From Thermoanaerobaculia bacterium (GTDB lineage Bacteria; Acidobacteriota; Thermoanaerobaculia; Multivoradales; UBA5704): a stretch of DNA of 64,000 nucleotides. This document shows, piece by piece, positions 15,892 to 24,837 of the stretch. A model generated the notes under the pieces. That model did not search any database. It worked only from the letters and a program-made list of their open reading frames with translations, and was not told the DNA's origin. Made by a program: the position numbers and the translations under genes. The stretch spans positions 27,798 through 91,797 of the forward strand of contig DASVAS010000063.1 of the NCBI GenBank assembly GCA_036376245.1. Direction: 5' to 3'. Each line of letters begins with the position of its first letter. Position 1 is the first letter of the stretch.

Positions 15892-17381
15892 GCAAGTTGC
15901 TGAATTCTCTCCTACCTTCGCCATCCTTCGATCCCGCCGCCGGCTCGGGCAAGCTGGCGGCGGAGCCTCAGGCTCCCCGGGGAGTGGTGGCGACGATCGC
16001 CCGGCATGAGGCGGGCCGCCAGATGGCCAGCTTACGGTTCCGCCTGGTGTCGGTCCTGCTGCTCGGTCTCCTCGTCCTGCCGGCGTTCACGGCGTCGGAG
16101 AGGTACGACCGCGAACGGCGGTCACAGGCCGAGGTGGCCGCAAGCCACGACGCGTCTCTCCGCGGAATGACGGTCGACGGGCTGGCGGAGGTCCGGCATC
16201 CGGCGTTGCGCCCGCCGTGGCGCCTCGCCTTCGCGGTCGACGGCGGCCAGGCCGCGACCCCGGACGTCTATGAGCAGGCGCTCAGTCCCCTGATCGCGCC
16301 CGTGCTCCGTCGTGCCGAGCGCGGCAACGACCGCCTCCCAGGCCCCGCGCCGCTGGACTGGATGTTCGTCATCCGGGTGGTCCTCTCGCTCGCCGCTTTC
16401 CTGCTGGGCCATGACGCGATCTGCGGCGAACGGCAGATCGGGACGCTGAAGCTCCTGATGTCCTACCCGGTCCCCCGCTGGCGGATCCTGGCCGGCAAGC
16501 TGGCGGCCCTCTGGGGCTGCCTGGCGGTCCCCTTCCTGGCGGGAGCCGGGCTGAGCCTCGCTCTGGTCTTCGCCCTCGGGCGGGCGCCGCTCGGCGCCGT
16601 GGACCTCGTCAAGGCCGGACTGGTGGTCCTCCTCGGCCTCTGGGCCGCGGCGTTCTTCGCGCTCGCCGGGCTGGCCGTCTCCGCCGCCGCCCGGACGTCC
16701 TCCACCAGCCTGAGCGTGCTCGCGCTCCTGTGGGTCGGGGCCGTGGTGGCCGTCCCCGCTCTCGGCCACCTGCTCGCCCACCGGCTGTCCCCGATCCCGG
16801 CCGAGGGGGAGATCGAGCGGCGCATGCTGGAGGTCCAGCGGCGGATCGCCCGCGAGCATGCCGGCCACGAGGGGCGCTGGCGGGCGCCGGATTGGGCCGC
16901 CAACGACGGCTACGCCTGGGAGAAGGCCTCGGCTCGAGTGGAGACCGAACGCCGGCATCTCCAGGAAGAGATCCGCTGGTGGGTGATCGGCCGCAAGCTG
17001 GAGCAGGCGCGGACCGCCCGCCTCCTCTCCGCCCTGTCGCCGGCCTTGCTCATCCAGGACCTCGGAGAGCGGCTGACGGGCTCCGGCGTCCGGCGGGACC
17101 AGGAGTTCCTGGCGCAGGCCCGCGCCTACCGCGCCGTCCTGGCGGACCGGGTACGGAGGCTCGACCAGGCGGACCCCGCGAGCCCTCACATCCTCTTCTT
17201 CGAGGGCTATCTCTCGCGGCGGACCGTTCCGCCCGGGTCCCTCCCGCCGTTCGCCTTCCGTGAGATCCCGATGGCCGGCGCTCTCGCCGCCGCCCGAGCG
17301 CCTCTCGCGCTCCTCGCTCTCGAAACCCTCCTCCTCGCCGGCTTCGTCTTCCGGCCGCGGAAAGCGGGGGCGCTGCCATGA
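15888..17381 (+). CDS. Second ABC-2-type transporter permease (paralog of 14284-15891)
   Basis: The GTG at 15888 overlaps the upstream TGA (GTGA); GTG at 15984/15987 are alternatives. The segment ATIARHEAGRQMASLRFRLVSVLLLG parallels the ACIRKEILCHLASVRFWV start of the paralog. It has multiple TM helices. Confidence 0.65.
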   Translation: MSKLLNSLLPSPSFDPAAGSGKLAAEPQAPRGVVATIARHEAGRQMASLRFRLVSVLLLGLLVLPAFTASERYDRERRSQAEVAASHDASLRGMTVDGLAEVRHPALRPPWRLAFAVDGGQAATPDVYEQALSPLIAPVLRRAERGNDRLPGPAPLDWMFVIRVVLSLAAFLLGHDAICGERQIGTLKLLMSYPVPRWRILAGKLAALWGCLAVPFLAGAGLSLALVFALGRAPLGAVDLVKAGLVVLLGLWAAAFFALAGLAVSAAARTSSTSLSVLALLWVGAVVAVPALGHLLAHRLSPIPAEGEIERRMLEVQRRIAREHAGHEGRWRAPDWAANDGYAWEKASARVETERRHLQEEIRWWVIGRKLEQARTARLLSALSPALLIQDLGERLTGSGVRRDQEFLAQARAYRAVLADRVRRLDQADPASPHILFFEGYLSRRTVPPGSLPPFAFREIPMAGALAAARAPLALLALETLLLAGFVFRPRKAGALP

Positions 17382-18097
17382 TCGAAGCGATCCACCTCAG
17401 CATGCGCTACCCGAACGGCGTCCTGGCCCTGGACGCCCTCAACCTGCGGGTCGAGCCGGGGGAGATCTACTGCCTCCTCGGCGCCAGGGGCGCCGGCAAG
17501 ACGACGGTGGTCGACCTGTTCCTCGGCTTCCAGGAGGCGACCGCCGGCCGGGCGTTGATCGACGGGATCGAGGTGGCGCGGGAGCCGTTGCGGGCCAGGT
17601 CGCGGGCCGCCTATCTGGCCGCGGACACGGCGTTCTACGGCCGCCTGACGGCGCGTCAGAACCTGGAGCTCTTCGCCCGGCTGGGCGGCCGGCCGGACCG
17701 GACGCGGGCGGACTGCGAGATGGCCCTGCGCGAGGTGGGGCTGCCGGAGGCGGCCTTCGAGCGACGGGTGGCGAGCTTCACCCCGGGGATGACGCGCAAG
17801 CTGGGGGTCGCCGCGGCGCTGGTCAAGGACGCTCCCGCCCTTCTCCTCGACGAGCCGCTCTCCGGCCTCGATCCCAAATCGGCCGCCGAGGTGGTGGAGC
17901 TGCTGGAGCCCCTGCGCGACTCCGGCAAGGCGCTGCTGATCACGCTGGAGGATCTGGTCTGGGCCCGGCAACTCGCCGACCGGGTGGGCATCCTGCAGGA
18001 AGGCCGGCAGGTGTTGACCCGTACGCGGGACGAGCTGAGATACGACAACCTCGAAAAGCTCTATCTGGACTATCTGCGCGGCTTCACGCTTTCCTAG
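17378..18097 (+). CDS. ABC transporter ATP-binding protein
   Basis: 239 aa. Walker A is GARGAGKTT, the signature-like motif is LSGLD, and Walker B is LLLDEP. An ATGA overlap links it to the upstream permease. Confidence 0.9.
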   Translation: MIEAIHLSMRYPNGVLALDALNLRVEPGEIYCLLGARGAGKTTVVDLFLGFQEATAGRALIDGIEVAREPLRARSRAAYLAADTAFYGRLTARQNLELFARLGGRPDRTRADCEMALREVGLPEAAFERRVASFTPGMTRKLGVAAALVKDAPALLLDEPLSGLDPKSAAEVVELLEPLRDSGKALLITLEDLVWARQLADRVGILQEGRQVLTRTRDELRYDNLEKLYLDYLRGFTLS

Positions 18098-18100
18098 ACG

Positions 18101-19504
18101 TCAGACGGCGGAGTCCTCCGTCTCCTCGCCGGTCAGGCCGTACTGGCGCATCTTGTTGAACAGCGTCTTGCGGCTCACGCCCAGGCTCTCGGCGGTGGCG
18201 GTGCGGCTGCCCCGGTGCTCGGCGAGACGGGAGAGGATCATCATCCTCTCCAGCCGCTCGGTGGCCTGGGTCACCGCCTCGCTCAGCGTGAGCCGGACGA
18301 GATCGGACCCGAGGGCCACGTCCGGCCCGGCGTTTTCCCCCCGCACCCGGCCGGGCAGGTCCGCCGCCGTCAGGGTGTCCCCCTCGCAGAGGATCATCGC
18401 CCGGCAGACGGTGTTCTCCAGCTCGCGGATGTTGCCCGGCCACTGGTAGTCGCAGAGCAGTTGCCGGGCGTCCGGCGCGATCGACTCCACCGCCAGGCCC
18501 AGCTCGCGGTTGAAGCGGTCCACGAAGTGGTCGATCAGGAGAGGCAGGTCGGCCGGCCGCTCGCGCAACGGGGGCAGGCGGACGTGGACGACGTTCAGCC
18601 GCCAGTAGAGGTCCTCGCGGAAGCGCCCCGCCCGGCACTCCTTCTCCAGATCCTTGTTGGTGGCGGCCACCACCCGCACGTCCACCGGCCGGGGAGCGCG
18701 GGCGCCGATGCGGTGGATCTGCCGCTCCTGCAAGGCCCGCAGGAGCTTGGCCTGGGCGTCGAGGGCGAGGTCTCCCACCTCGTCGAGGAAGAGCGTGCCG
18801 CCGTCCGCCAGCTCGAACCGCCCCTGCCGGGCCTCGCGGGCGTCGGTGAAGGCGCCCTTCTCGTGGCCGAAGAACTCGGACTCGACCAGCGTCTGCGGGA
18901 TGGCGCTGCAGTTGACCGCCACGAACGGGCCTTCCGACCGCCCGCTGCGGCGGTGGATGGCCCGCGCCACCAGCTCCTTGCCGGTGCCCGATTCGCCGGT
19001 GATCAGCACCGTGACGTCCACCCGCACGACCTTGGCCATCATGCGGAAGACCTCCTGGATCTCCCGGCTGACGCCCACGATCTCGCTGAACCCGTAGCGG
19101 GTTTCGAGATCCTCCCGCAAGGCCGTGTTCTCCGACGTCAGCCGCTTCACCTCGAGAGCGCGGTCGACGACCATCAGCAGCTCGTCGTTGTCGAACGGCT
19201 TGGCGATGTAGTCGTGGGCGCCGCGGCGCATCGCCTCGACCGCCGAGGAGATGGTGCCGTGGGCGGTCATCATCACCACGATCAGCTCGGGGTTCAGGGC
19301 GCGCAGCCGCTTGAGGGTCTCCAGGCCGTCCATGCCGGGGAGCTTCAGGTCGAGCAGCGCGAGATCCGGCTTCGCTTCCGGCAGGGCCGCCAGAGCCTCC
19401 TCGCCCGAGCCCACCTCGGCGACCCGGTGCTGCCGCTCCTGCAGCAGCACGGAGAGGATGCGCCGGATCGGCCGTTCGTCGTCAACGATCAGGATGTTGG
19501 CCAT
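18101..19504 (-). CDS. Sigma-54-dependent response regulator (REC - AAA+ - Fis-type HTH; NtrC family) with GAFTDA loop variant
   Basis: Trimmed to the ATG at 19504 ([15 protein letters not shown]..., phospho-acceptor context [13 protein letters not shown]). The AAA+ Walker A is GESGTGKE and the sigma-54 contact loop reads [10 protein letters not shown]. The C-terminal HTH is [20 protein letters not shown]. Confidence 0.9.
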   Translation of the reverse strand: MANILIVDDERPIRRILSVLLQERQHRVAEVGSGEEALAALPEAKPDLALLDLKLPGMDGLETLKRLRALNPELIVVMMTAHGTISSAVEAMRRGAHDYIAKPFDNDELLMVVDRALEVKRLTSENTALREDLETRYGFSEIVGVSREIQEVFRMMAKVVRVDVTVLITGESGTGKELVARAIHRRSGRSEGPFVAVNCSAIPQTLVESEFFGHEKGAFTDAREARQGRFELADGGTLFLDEVGDLALDAQAKLLRALQERQIHRIGARAPRPVDVRVVAATNKDLEKECRAGRFREDLYWRLNVVHVRLPPLRERPADLPLLIDHFVDRFNRELGLAVESIAPDARQLLCDYQWPGNIRELENTVCRAMILCEGDTLTAADLPGRVRGENAGPDVALGSDLVRLTLSEAVTQATERLERMMILSRLAEHRGSRTATAESLGVSRKTLFNKMRQYGLTGEETEDSAV

Positions 19505-20844
19505 GTCTCTCCTTCGAGCAGCGGCAGGCGGATCGCCACCGTGGTCCCCTCCCCCACCTTGCTCTCCAGGTGGATCTCGCCTTCGTGCTGCTCGATGATG
19601 CCATGACAGATCGCCAGCCCCAGGCCGGTGCCCTCCCGCTTGGTGGTGAAGAAGGGATCGAAGACCCGCCGCAACTGGTCCGGCGGGATCCCCGGCCCGG
19701 TGTCCTCGACGCAGATCTCCACCCAGGAGACGTCGCGAGGGCTCTGGCCGGATCGCGGGGCCCACGGATGGACCGTCACCGAGATCCGCCCCCCGTTCGA
19801 CATGGCCTGGAGAGCGTTGAGCAGGAGGTTCAGGAAGACCTGCTTCAACTGGCCGTCGTCGCCGAGCACGCGGAGGCTTCCGGCCGCGAGATCGCTCCGG
19901 ATCTCCACGCCTTGCTCGGCGGCCCTGGCCTGCACAAGCTGCACCGCCTTGCGGAGAGTCGCCAGCAGGTCGATATCGGACTTCCGGATCTCTCCCGAGC
20001 GGCTGAGGCTGAGGAGCCCGCCCACGGTGCCGTTGATGCGGTCCACCTCGCTCAGGAGCTCTTCGACCAACTGGTGCTTCGGCGTGCCGGGATCGAGATC
20101 GCGCAGCAGGTATTGCATCGTGGAGCGGATCGCCGTCAGAGGGTTGCGGATCTCGTGGGCCACCCCGGCCGCGAGCTGCCCGACGGCGGCCAGACGCTCG
20201 GCCCGGTGGAGGCGGTCCAGGCGCTCGCGCTGGGCGCGGTACAGCGCCGCGTTCTCGAAGGCGAGACTGGCCTGGGAAGCCAGCAGGTTCAGGAGCTCGA
20301 CGTCGCTGCGGCCGAGACCGCCGCCCGGCCTGCCGAGGCCCAGGAGGACAATGCCCGTCAGCCGGTTCAGGGAAATCATGGGGACGCAGACGTTGAGCCG
20401 CAGCCGGTCGAGGAGGTCCCGCTCGGCAGGATCGAGGTACTCGTGGACTCCGGTCTGGCGGTCCAGGATCAGGGAGGTCTCGTTGACGGAAAGCCAGCGC
20501 GCCAGCTTGCCGCGCGCCGGCACCCGCAGATCCGCCAGGTCCGCCTCCGCCAGTCCGAAGGAGAAGCCCGGCAGGAAGGCCGCGGTCGGCCGGTCGGGCT
20601 CCAGGACGGCCATCCGCTCGGGATCGAGCAACTCCCGGATGCGCGCCGCCACGCTGGCCTCCAGGGCTTCGCGGTCGACGATCAGCGCCAGGGACCGGCT
20701 GAGCTCCTGGACGGCACGCCGGTTCGCCTTCCGCCTGCGGAAGCGGTCGAAAATGCCCTCGAAGATGAGCTTTCGCTGCATCCTGCGCGGATCATACGAC
20801 GGAATCTTGTCCCGTCTCGGGGAGCGGCGCACACCGCAATTCAT
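19489..20844 (-). CDS. Cytoplasmic GAF-domain sensor histidine kinase
   Basis: 451-aa ORF with no TM segment and a GAF-like N-terminal half. The H-box is GVAHEIRNPLTAI; the N/G boxes are LNLLLNALQA, EDTGPGIP and GTGLGLAI. It overlaps the regulator start by 16 nt. The start may be the ATG at 20781. Confidence 0.85.
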   Translation of the reverse strand: MNCGVRRSPRRDKIPSYDPRRMQRKLIFEGIFDRFRRRKANRRAVQELSRSLALIVDREALEASVAARIRELLDPERMAVLEPDRPTAAFLPGFSFGLAEADLADLRVPARGKLARWLSVNETSLILDRQTGVHEYLDPAERDLLDRLRLNVCVPMISLNRLTGIVLLGLGRPGGGLGRSDVELLNLLASQASLAFENAALYRAQRERLDRLHRAERLAAVGQLAAGVAHEIRNPLTAIRSTMQYLLRDLDPGTPKHQLVEELLSEVDRINGTVGGLLSLSRSGEIRKSDIDLLATLRKAVQLVQARAAEQGVEIRSDLAAGSLRVLGDDGQLKQVFLNLLLNALQAMSNGGRISVTVHPWAPRSGQSPRDVSWVEICVEDTGPGIPPDQLRRVFDPFFTTKREGTGLGLAICHGIIEQHEGEIHLESKVGEGTTVAIRLPLLEGETWPTS

Positions 20845-20875
20845 GGAGGGTCATCTACTTCCAGAAGGGGGATCT

Positions 20876-23302
20876 ATGTCTTGGACTCGATGTATCGCAG
20901 TCCCGCTCGTCCTCGTCGCCGCTCTGACGGCGCCGGCGGCGGGCAAGCCCCGGCTCGTAGTCGAGACGGGAGCCGGCGTCAACAAGGTGTTCGCGGAGGT
21001 GGAGGCGGGCAACAAAGGCCAGGTGCGGCGCAGCCTGCTGCGCATGACCTCGGCGGCGGTGACGCCGGGCGTCACCGGGTCCGATCCGGCGGGACGGGCC
21101 TCCTTCGCGACGTGGAACGAGGCCGGCGAGCGCTGGTTCACCGCCACCCAGGACGGCGGCCGGAGCTGGTCGAATCCCCGGGCTGTCCAGACCGCCCTGC
21201 TCCTCCTGGCCGGCGCCGTCGAGCCGGGCGCCAAGGCCCAGACCGTGCCACCGGGCCTCTCCTTGCCCGCCGAGGGACGGCTGTTCCTGGTGCAGTTCCG
21301 CACCCTCAGTCTCCCCGAGTGGCGCGCCGCCCTTCAGGACCTCGGCGCCGAGGTCCTCAACTACTTCCCGTACAACGCCCACATCGTCCGCATGAGCCCC
21401 GGGCTGGCCAAGACCGTGGAGGGCCTCGACTTCGTCGAGCGCGTCGAGCCCTACCACCCGGCGCACCGGCTGGAGCCGGAGCTGCGGGACTGGGTCCAGG
21501 CCGAAGGCGGGCCGGCGGATTTCCGCGTCCGCGTCATGGCCTTTGAATGGGGCCCCGAGGGCAAGGAGCGCATCCGCCAGGCCGCCCAGGCCGACGGCGC
21601 CGGCGTCGCCGCCAACACGCCCAGCGGCCATGTGATCGAGCTGGTGGTCAACCGCGGCCAGCTCCGCCGCCTCGCCGCCAACGACGACGTGCTGTGGATC
21701 GACCGCTGGAGCGCCCCCGAGAACGACATGGACCTGGTGCGCGGCGACACCGGCGCCAGCTTCCTCGAGACCAACTTCGGCACCTGCGGCCAGGGCGTGC
21801 GCGGCGAGGTCCTCGACGGCGGGTTCGAGAGCACCCACCAGGACTTCGACGGCGTCATCCTGCACGGCTCCAACACCGCCGCGAGCCACGGCACCAGCAC
21901 CTACGGCATCGTCTTCGGCAACGGCAACCGGGACGGCGACGGCAACGCCCAGGGCCTCGGGCAGCTCGTCTGCGGCGCCCAGGGCATCTCCGCCGACTAC
22001 GACTTCCTCACCGACCGCTTCGCCCACACCCAGCGGTTGAAGAATTCGCCCTACTTCGCCTCGTTCCAGAGCAACTCCTGGGGCAACGCCCTGACCACGG
22101 CCTACAACAGCATCTCCAGCGAGATGGACGACATCATCTGGCGGCTGGACATCGCCATCGCCCAGTCGCAGTCGAACGCCGGCACCCAGAGCAGCCGGCC
22201 GCAGGCCTGGGCGAAGAACGTCATCAGCGTCGGCGGCGTCTATCACTTCAACACCGCGTCCACCACGGACGACCGGTGGAACAGCGGCGCCTCCATCGGT
22301 CCGGCGGCGGACGGGCGCCTCAAGCCGGACGTGCACTACTGGTACGACAGCATCTTCACCACCACCTCCGGCAACACCTACACCACCGGCTTCGGCGGCA
22401 CCTCGGCGGCGACCCCGGAGGTGGCGGGCGTGCTCGGCCTGATCGTCCAGATGTGGTCGGAGAACGTCTGGGGGACCAACCCCCAGGGCTCGACCGTGTT
22501 CGAGCGCCAGCCGCACGCCTCGACGATCAAGGCGCTGCTGATCAACAGCGCCGTCCAGTACCCGTTCACGGGCACCACCAGCGACCTCACCCGCACCCAC
22601 CAGGGCTGGGGACGGCCCAGCGCCCGGGTGGCCCGCGAGCGCGCCGCCAACAGCCTGGTGGTCGACGAGTCCACGCCGCTGCAGCTCAACCAGACGGCGA
22701 CCTACACGGTCTCGGTCCCCTCCGGAGCCGCCGACCTCAAGGCCACCATGGTCTATCCGGACCCGCCGGGCACGACCTCCGCGTCCCTGCACCGGATCAA
22801 CAACCTGAACCTGCGGGTGACCTCGCCGACGGGCACGATCTACTGGGGCAACAACGGCCTCAACGCCGGCAACTGGTCCACCTCGGGCGGCAGCGCCAAC
22901 GCGGTGGACACGGTGGAGAACGTGTTCGTCCAGAACCCCGCCGCGGGCTCCTGGACCGTCGAGGTGCAGGCGGCCGAGATCAACCAGGACGCCCACCTGG
23001 ACACGGCCGCGGCCGACGCGGTGTTCGCCCTGGTGGTGACCGGCGGCACCAGCCAGCCGGCCTTCTGCGGCAACGGCGTCATCGAGGCCGGCGAGGCCTG
23101 CGACGGCGTCAACCTGGGCGGCCAGACCTGCCAGACCTTCGGCTTCAACTCCGGCACCCTGACCTGCAACGTCAACTGCACGCTGAACACCAGCGCCTGC
23201 GTCAACCTCTGCACGGCGTCCGGCGGAAGCTGCACGCAAAACAGCCAGTGCTGCCCCGGCCTCTCCTGCAGGGGCCCGAACGGCCGCAAGACCTGCCGCT
23301 AG
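20876..23302 (+). CDS. Secreted S8 (subtilisin-like) serine peptidase with C-terminal cysteine-rich domains
   Basis: Track ORF 19628-23302 was trimmed to the ATG at 20876 (MSWTRCIAVPLVLVAALTAPAAG signal, AAGGGGG SD), because its upstream part is antisense to the kinase gene. The catalytic triad contexts are VLDGGF (Asp), SHGTSTYG (His) and GGTSAATPEVAG (Ser). The tail reads CGNGVIEAGEACDG...CTQNSQCCPGLSCRGPNGRKTCR. Confidence 0.85.
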   Translation: MSWTRCIAVPLVLVAALTAPAAGKPRLVVETGAGVNKVFAEVEAGNKGQVRRSLLRMTSAAVTPGVTGSDPAGRASFATWNEAGERWFTATQDGGRSWSNPRAVQTALLLLAGAVEPGAKAQTVPPGLSLPAEGRLFLVQFRTLSLPEWRAALQDLGAEVLNYFPYNAHIVRMSPGLAKTVEGLDFVERVEPYHPAHRLEPELRDWVQAEGGPADFRVRVMAFEWGPEGKERIRQAAQADGAGVAANTPSGHVIELVVNRGQLRRLAANDDVLWIDRWSAPENDMDLVRGDTGASFLETNFGTCGQGVRGEVLDGGFESTHQDFDGVILHGSNTAASHGTSTYGIVFGNGNRDGDGNAQGLGQLVCGAQGISADYDFLTDRFAHTQRLKNSPYFASFQSNSWGNALTTAYNSISSEMDDIIWRLDIAIAQSQSNAGTQSSRPQAWAKNVISVGGVYHFNTASTTDDRWNSGASIGPAADGRLKPDVHYWYDSIFTTTSGNTYTTGFGGTSAATPEVAGVLGLIVQMWSENVWGTNPQGSTVFERQPHASTIKALLINSAVQYPFTGTTSDLTRTHQGWGRPSARVARERAANSLVVDESTPLQLNQTATYTVSVPSGAADLKATMVYPDPPGTTSASLHRINNLNLRVTSPTGTIYWGNNGLNAGNWSTSGGSANAVDTVENVFVQNPAAGSWTVEVQAAEINQDAHLDTAAADAVFALVVTGGTSQPAFCGNGVIEAGEACDGVNLGGQTCQTFGFNSGTLTCNVNCTLNTSACVNLCTASGGSCTQNSQCCPGLSCRGPNGRKTCR

Positions 23303-23323
23303 AGCTCTCCTGAAGCTCTCCGA

Positions 23324-23354
23324 GGCGGGACCACGCGGTCCCGCCTTTTATTTT
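23324..23354 (+). terminator. Rho-independent terminator after the S8 peptidase gene
   Basis: A 9-bp stem (ggcgggacc / ggtcccgcc) with loop acgc is followed by TTTTATTTT. Confidence 0.85.
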
Positions 23355-23369
23355 CCCCGCCTACTGTGC

Positions 23370-23398
23370 TTGACATAGTATGTGTCGCTATGTACTAT
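23370..23398 (+). promoter_or_regulatory. Sigma-70-type promoter TTGACA-17-TACTAT with embedded inverted repeat (likely PadR operator)
   Basis: TTGACA lies at 23370-23375, followed by a 17-nt spacer and TACTAT at 23393-23398. The inverted repeat CATAGTA (23374-23380) / TACTATG (23393-23399) overlaps the -35 and -10. The promoter lies about 25 nt upstream of the PadR start. Confidence 0.7.
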
Positions 23399-23422
23399 GC
23401 GACAAACAGCACTGGACGACAC

Positions 23423-23782
23423 ATGGTAAACAAGGACACAGAGAGCAAGGACGGCAGGGAGATCGGGCTGGTCGAGCTGCGGCGCGGCGTGCTGGTGCTC
23501 GCCGTGCTCAGCCAACTGCGCCAGCGCCAGTACGGCTACTCGCTCCGGCAGGCTCTGGCCGAAGGCGGCATGCCGATCGAGGAAGGCACGCTCTACCCGC
23601 TGCTGCGACGGCTGGAGGGGCAAGGCCTCCTGCTCAGCGAGTGGGACACCGCGACCGCGCCGCCGCGCCGCTACTACCGGCTGAGCCCGGAAGGCGAGCG
23701 CGCCTTCGCGGAGCTGGCGGACGCCTGGCGCGCCCAGGCCAAAGTGATCAACGGATTCCTGGAAGAGGAGGACAACCCATGA
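23423..23782 (+). CDS. PadR-family transcriptional regulator
   Basis: Trimmed to the ATG at 23423. The motif YGYSLRQALAEGGMPIEEGTLYPLLRRLEGQGLLLSEW...RRYYRLSPEG is the canonical PadR winged helix. Confidence 0.9.
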   Translation: MVNKDTESKDGREIGLVELRRGVLVLAVLSQLRQRQYGYSLRQALAEGGMPIEEGTLYPLLRRLEGQGLLLSEWDTATAPPRRYYRLSPEGERAFAELADAWRAQAKVINGFLEEEDNP

Positions 23783-24729
23783 TGACCGCCGGCGACGTGA
23801 TCGAGTCCTACGTCACCGAGGTGGCCGCGCAGTTGCCGCGCAGGCAACGCAACGATGTGGCGTTCGAGCTGCGTGTGCTGCTCAACGAAGAATTGCAGGG
23901 CAAAGCCGAAGCCGCCGGGCGTGCCGTCGATGCCGCCATGGCAACCGAGCTCTTGCGGGCTTTTGGCCGGCCCAGGGATGTGGCCGCGCGCTATCGGCCG
24001 ACGCTGACCATCATCGATCCCGCGGACGGACCCACTTTTCTGCGGGCGATGGTCATCGGCCTGGCGATTCTCTGGTGTTTGGGACTGTGGGCAGCCCTGC
24101 GGCAACCGATCGATTCCGGATCGGATCTTCTCCTGGCGCTCGGCCAGTGGTGGATGGGTACGGTGATTCCTTCCCTGTGGTGGCCAGGCGTGTTGGTCGT
24201 GGGTTTCGGTGCGGCTTCGTGGGCCCGCCGCCGGCCGCAAACCTCGGAGTGGAAGCCGCGTGCGGGCAATCGCATTCGCGGCGGCCGCGCAGCCATGGTG
24301 ACGGGGCTCGCCGGCATCCTGTGCGGGCTGTTCGTGCTCCTCGATCCCCGCAGGGTGTTGGATTTCTTCTGGGGCGGTCGAGCGGCTCCCGCGGCTTATG
24401 AGGCGCTGACCTACACGGATACTTTTCTCCGGCACCAGGCTCCCTTCCTGCTGGCGCTCCTCCTGCTCAACATCCCCTTGTTCATCACCGTGATCGTGCG
24501 CGGTCGCTGGTCGGCCCTCCTGCGGCGCCTTGAAATGGGGCTGGTCCTGGCCACCTCCGCGGTGATGGTGTGGGCGGTCGTGGATGGTCCGATCTTCGTC
24601 GCGTCAAGCGGCGATCGAGCGGCCAAGTTTTTCATGTTGCTCATCGTCGTTTTCTCGCTGATGGCCGTCGGTATCGAGCTGTACCGGAGTGTACGGCCCG
24701 CTCCGAGCTACGGCGCGGGCTCCGCCTGA
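23779..24729 (+). CDS. Multi-pass membrane protein partnered with PadR (DUF1700/HAAS-like N-terminus)
   Basis: An ATGA overlap links it to the padR stop. The N-terminus MMTAGDVIESYVTEVAAQLPRRQRNDVAFELRVLLNEEL is typical of PadR-associated membrane sensors and is followed by about 6 TM helices. Confidence 0.7.
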   Translation: MMTAGDVIESYVTEVAAQLPRRQRNDVAFELRVLLNEELQGKAEAAGRAVDAAMATELLRAFGRPRDVAARYRPTLTIIDPADGPTFLRAMVIGLAILWCLGLWAALRQPIDSGSDLLLALGQWWMGTVIPSLWWPGVLVVGFGAASWARRRPQTSEWKPRAGNRIRGGRAAMVTGLAGILCGLFVLLDPRRVLDFFWGGRAAPAAYEALTYTDTFLRHQAPFLLALLLLNIPLFITVIVRGRWSALLRRLEMGLVLATSAVMVWAVVDGPIFVASSGDRAAKFFMLLIVVFSLMAVGIELYRSVRPAPSYGAGSA

Positions 24730-24837
24730 CGCCGTCGCCGCGGTCGGCCGGGCGCTGAGCCGTCCGTTCTTCGGCGGCCCGGGGAGCGGGCAATTCGCCT
24801 ACAATAGGGGAAGTCTCTCGCGGACAACCCTCGTCGT

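Noticed and set aside
19628-20875. 5' 1.25 kb of track ORF 19628-23302 (and ORF 19570-21546)
   Set aside because: This part is antisense to the response-regulator and kinase genes. The protease signal peptide with SD starts at 20876, so the ORF was trimmed.
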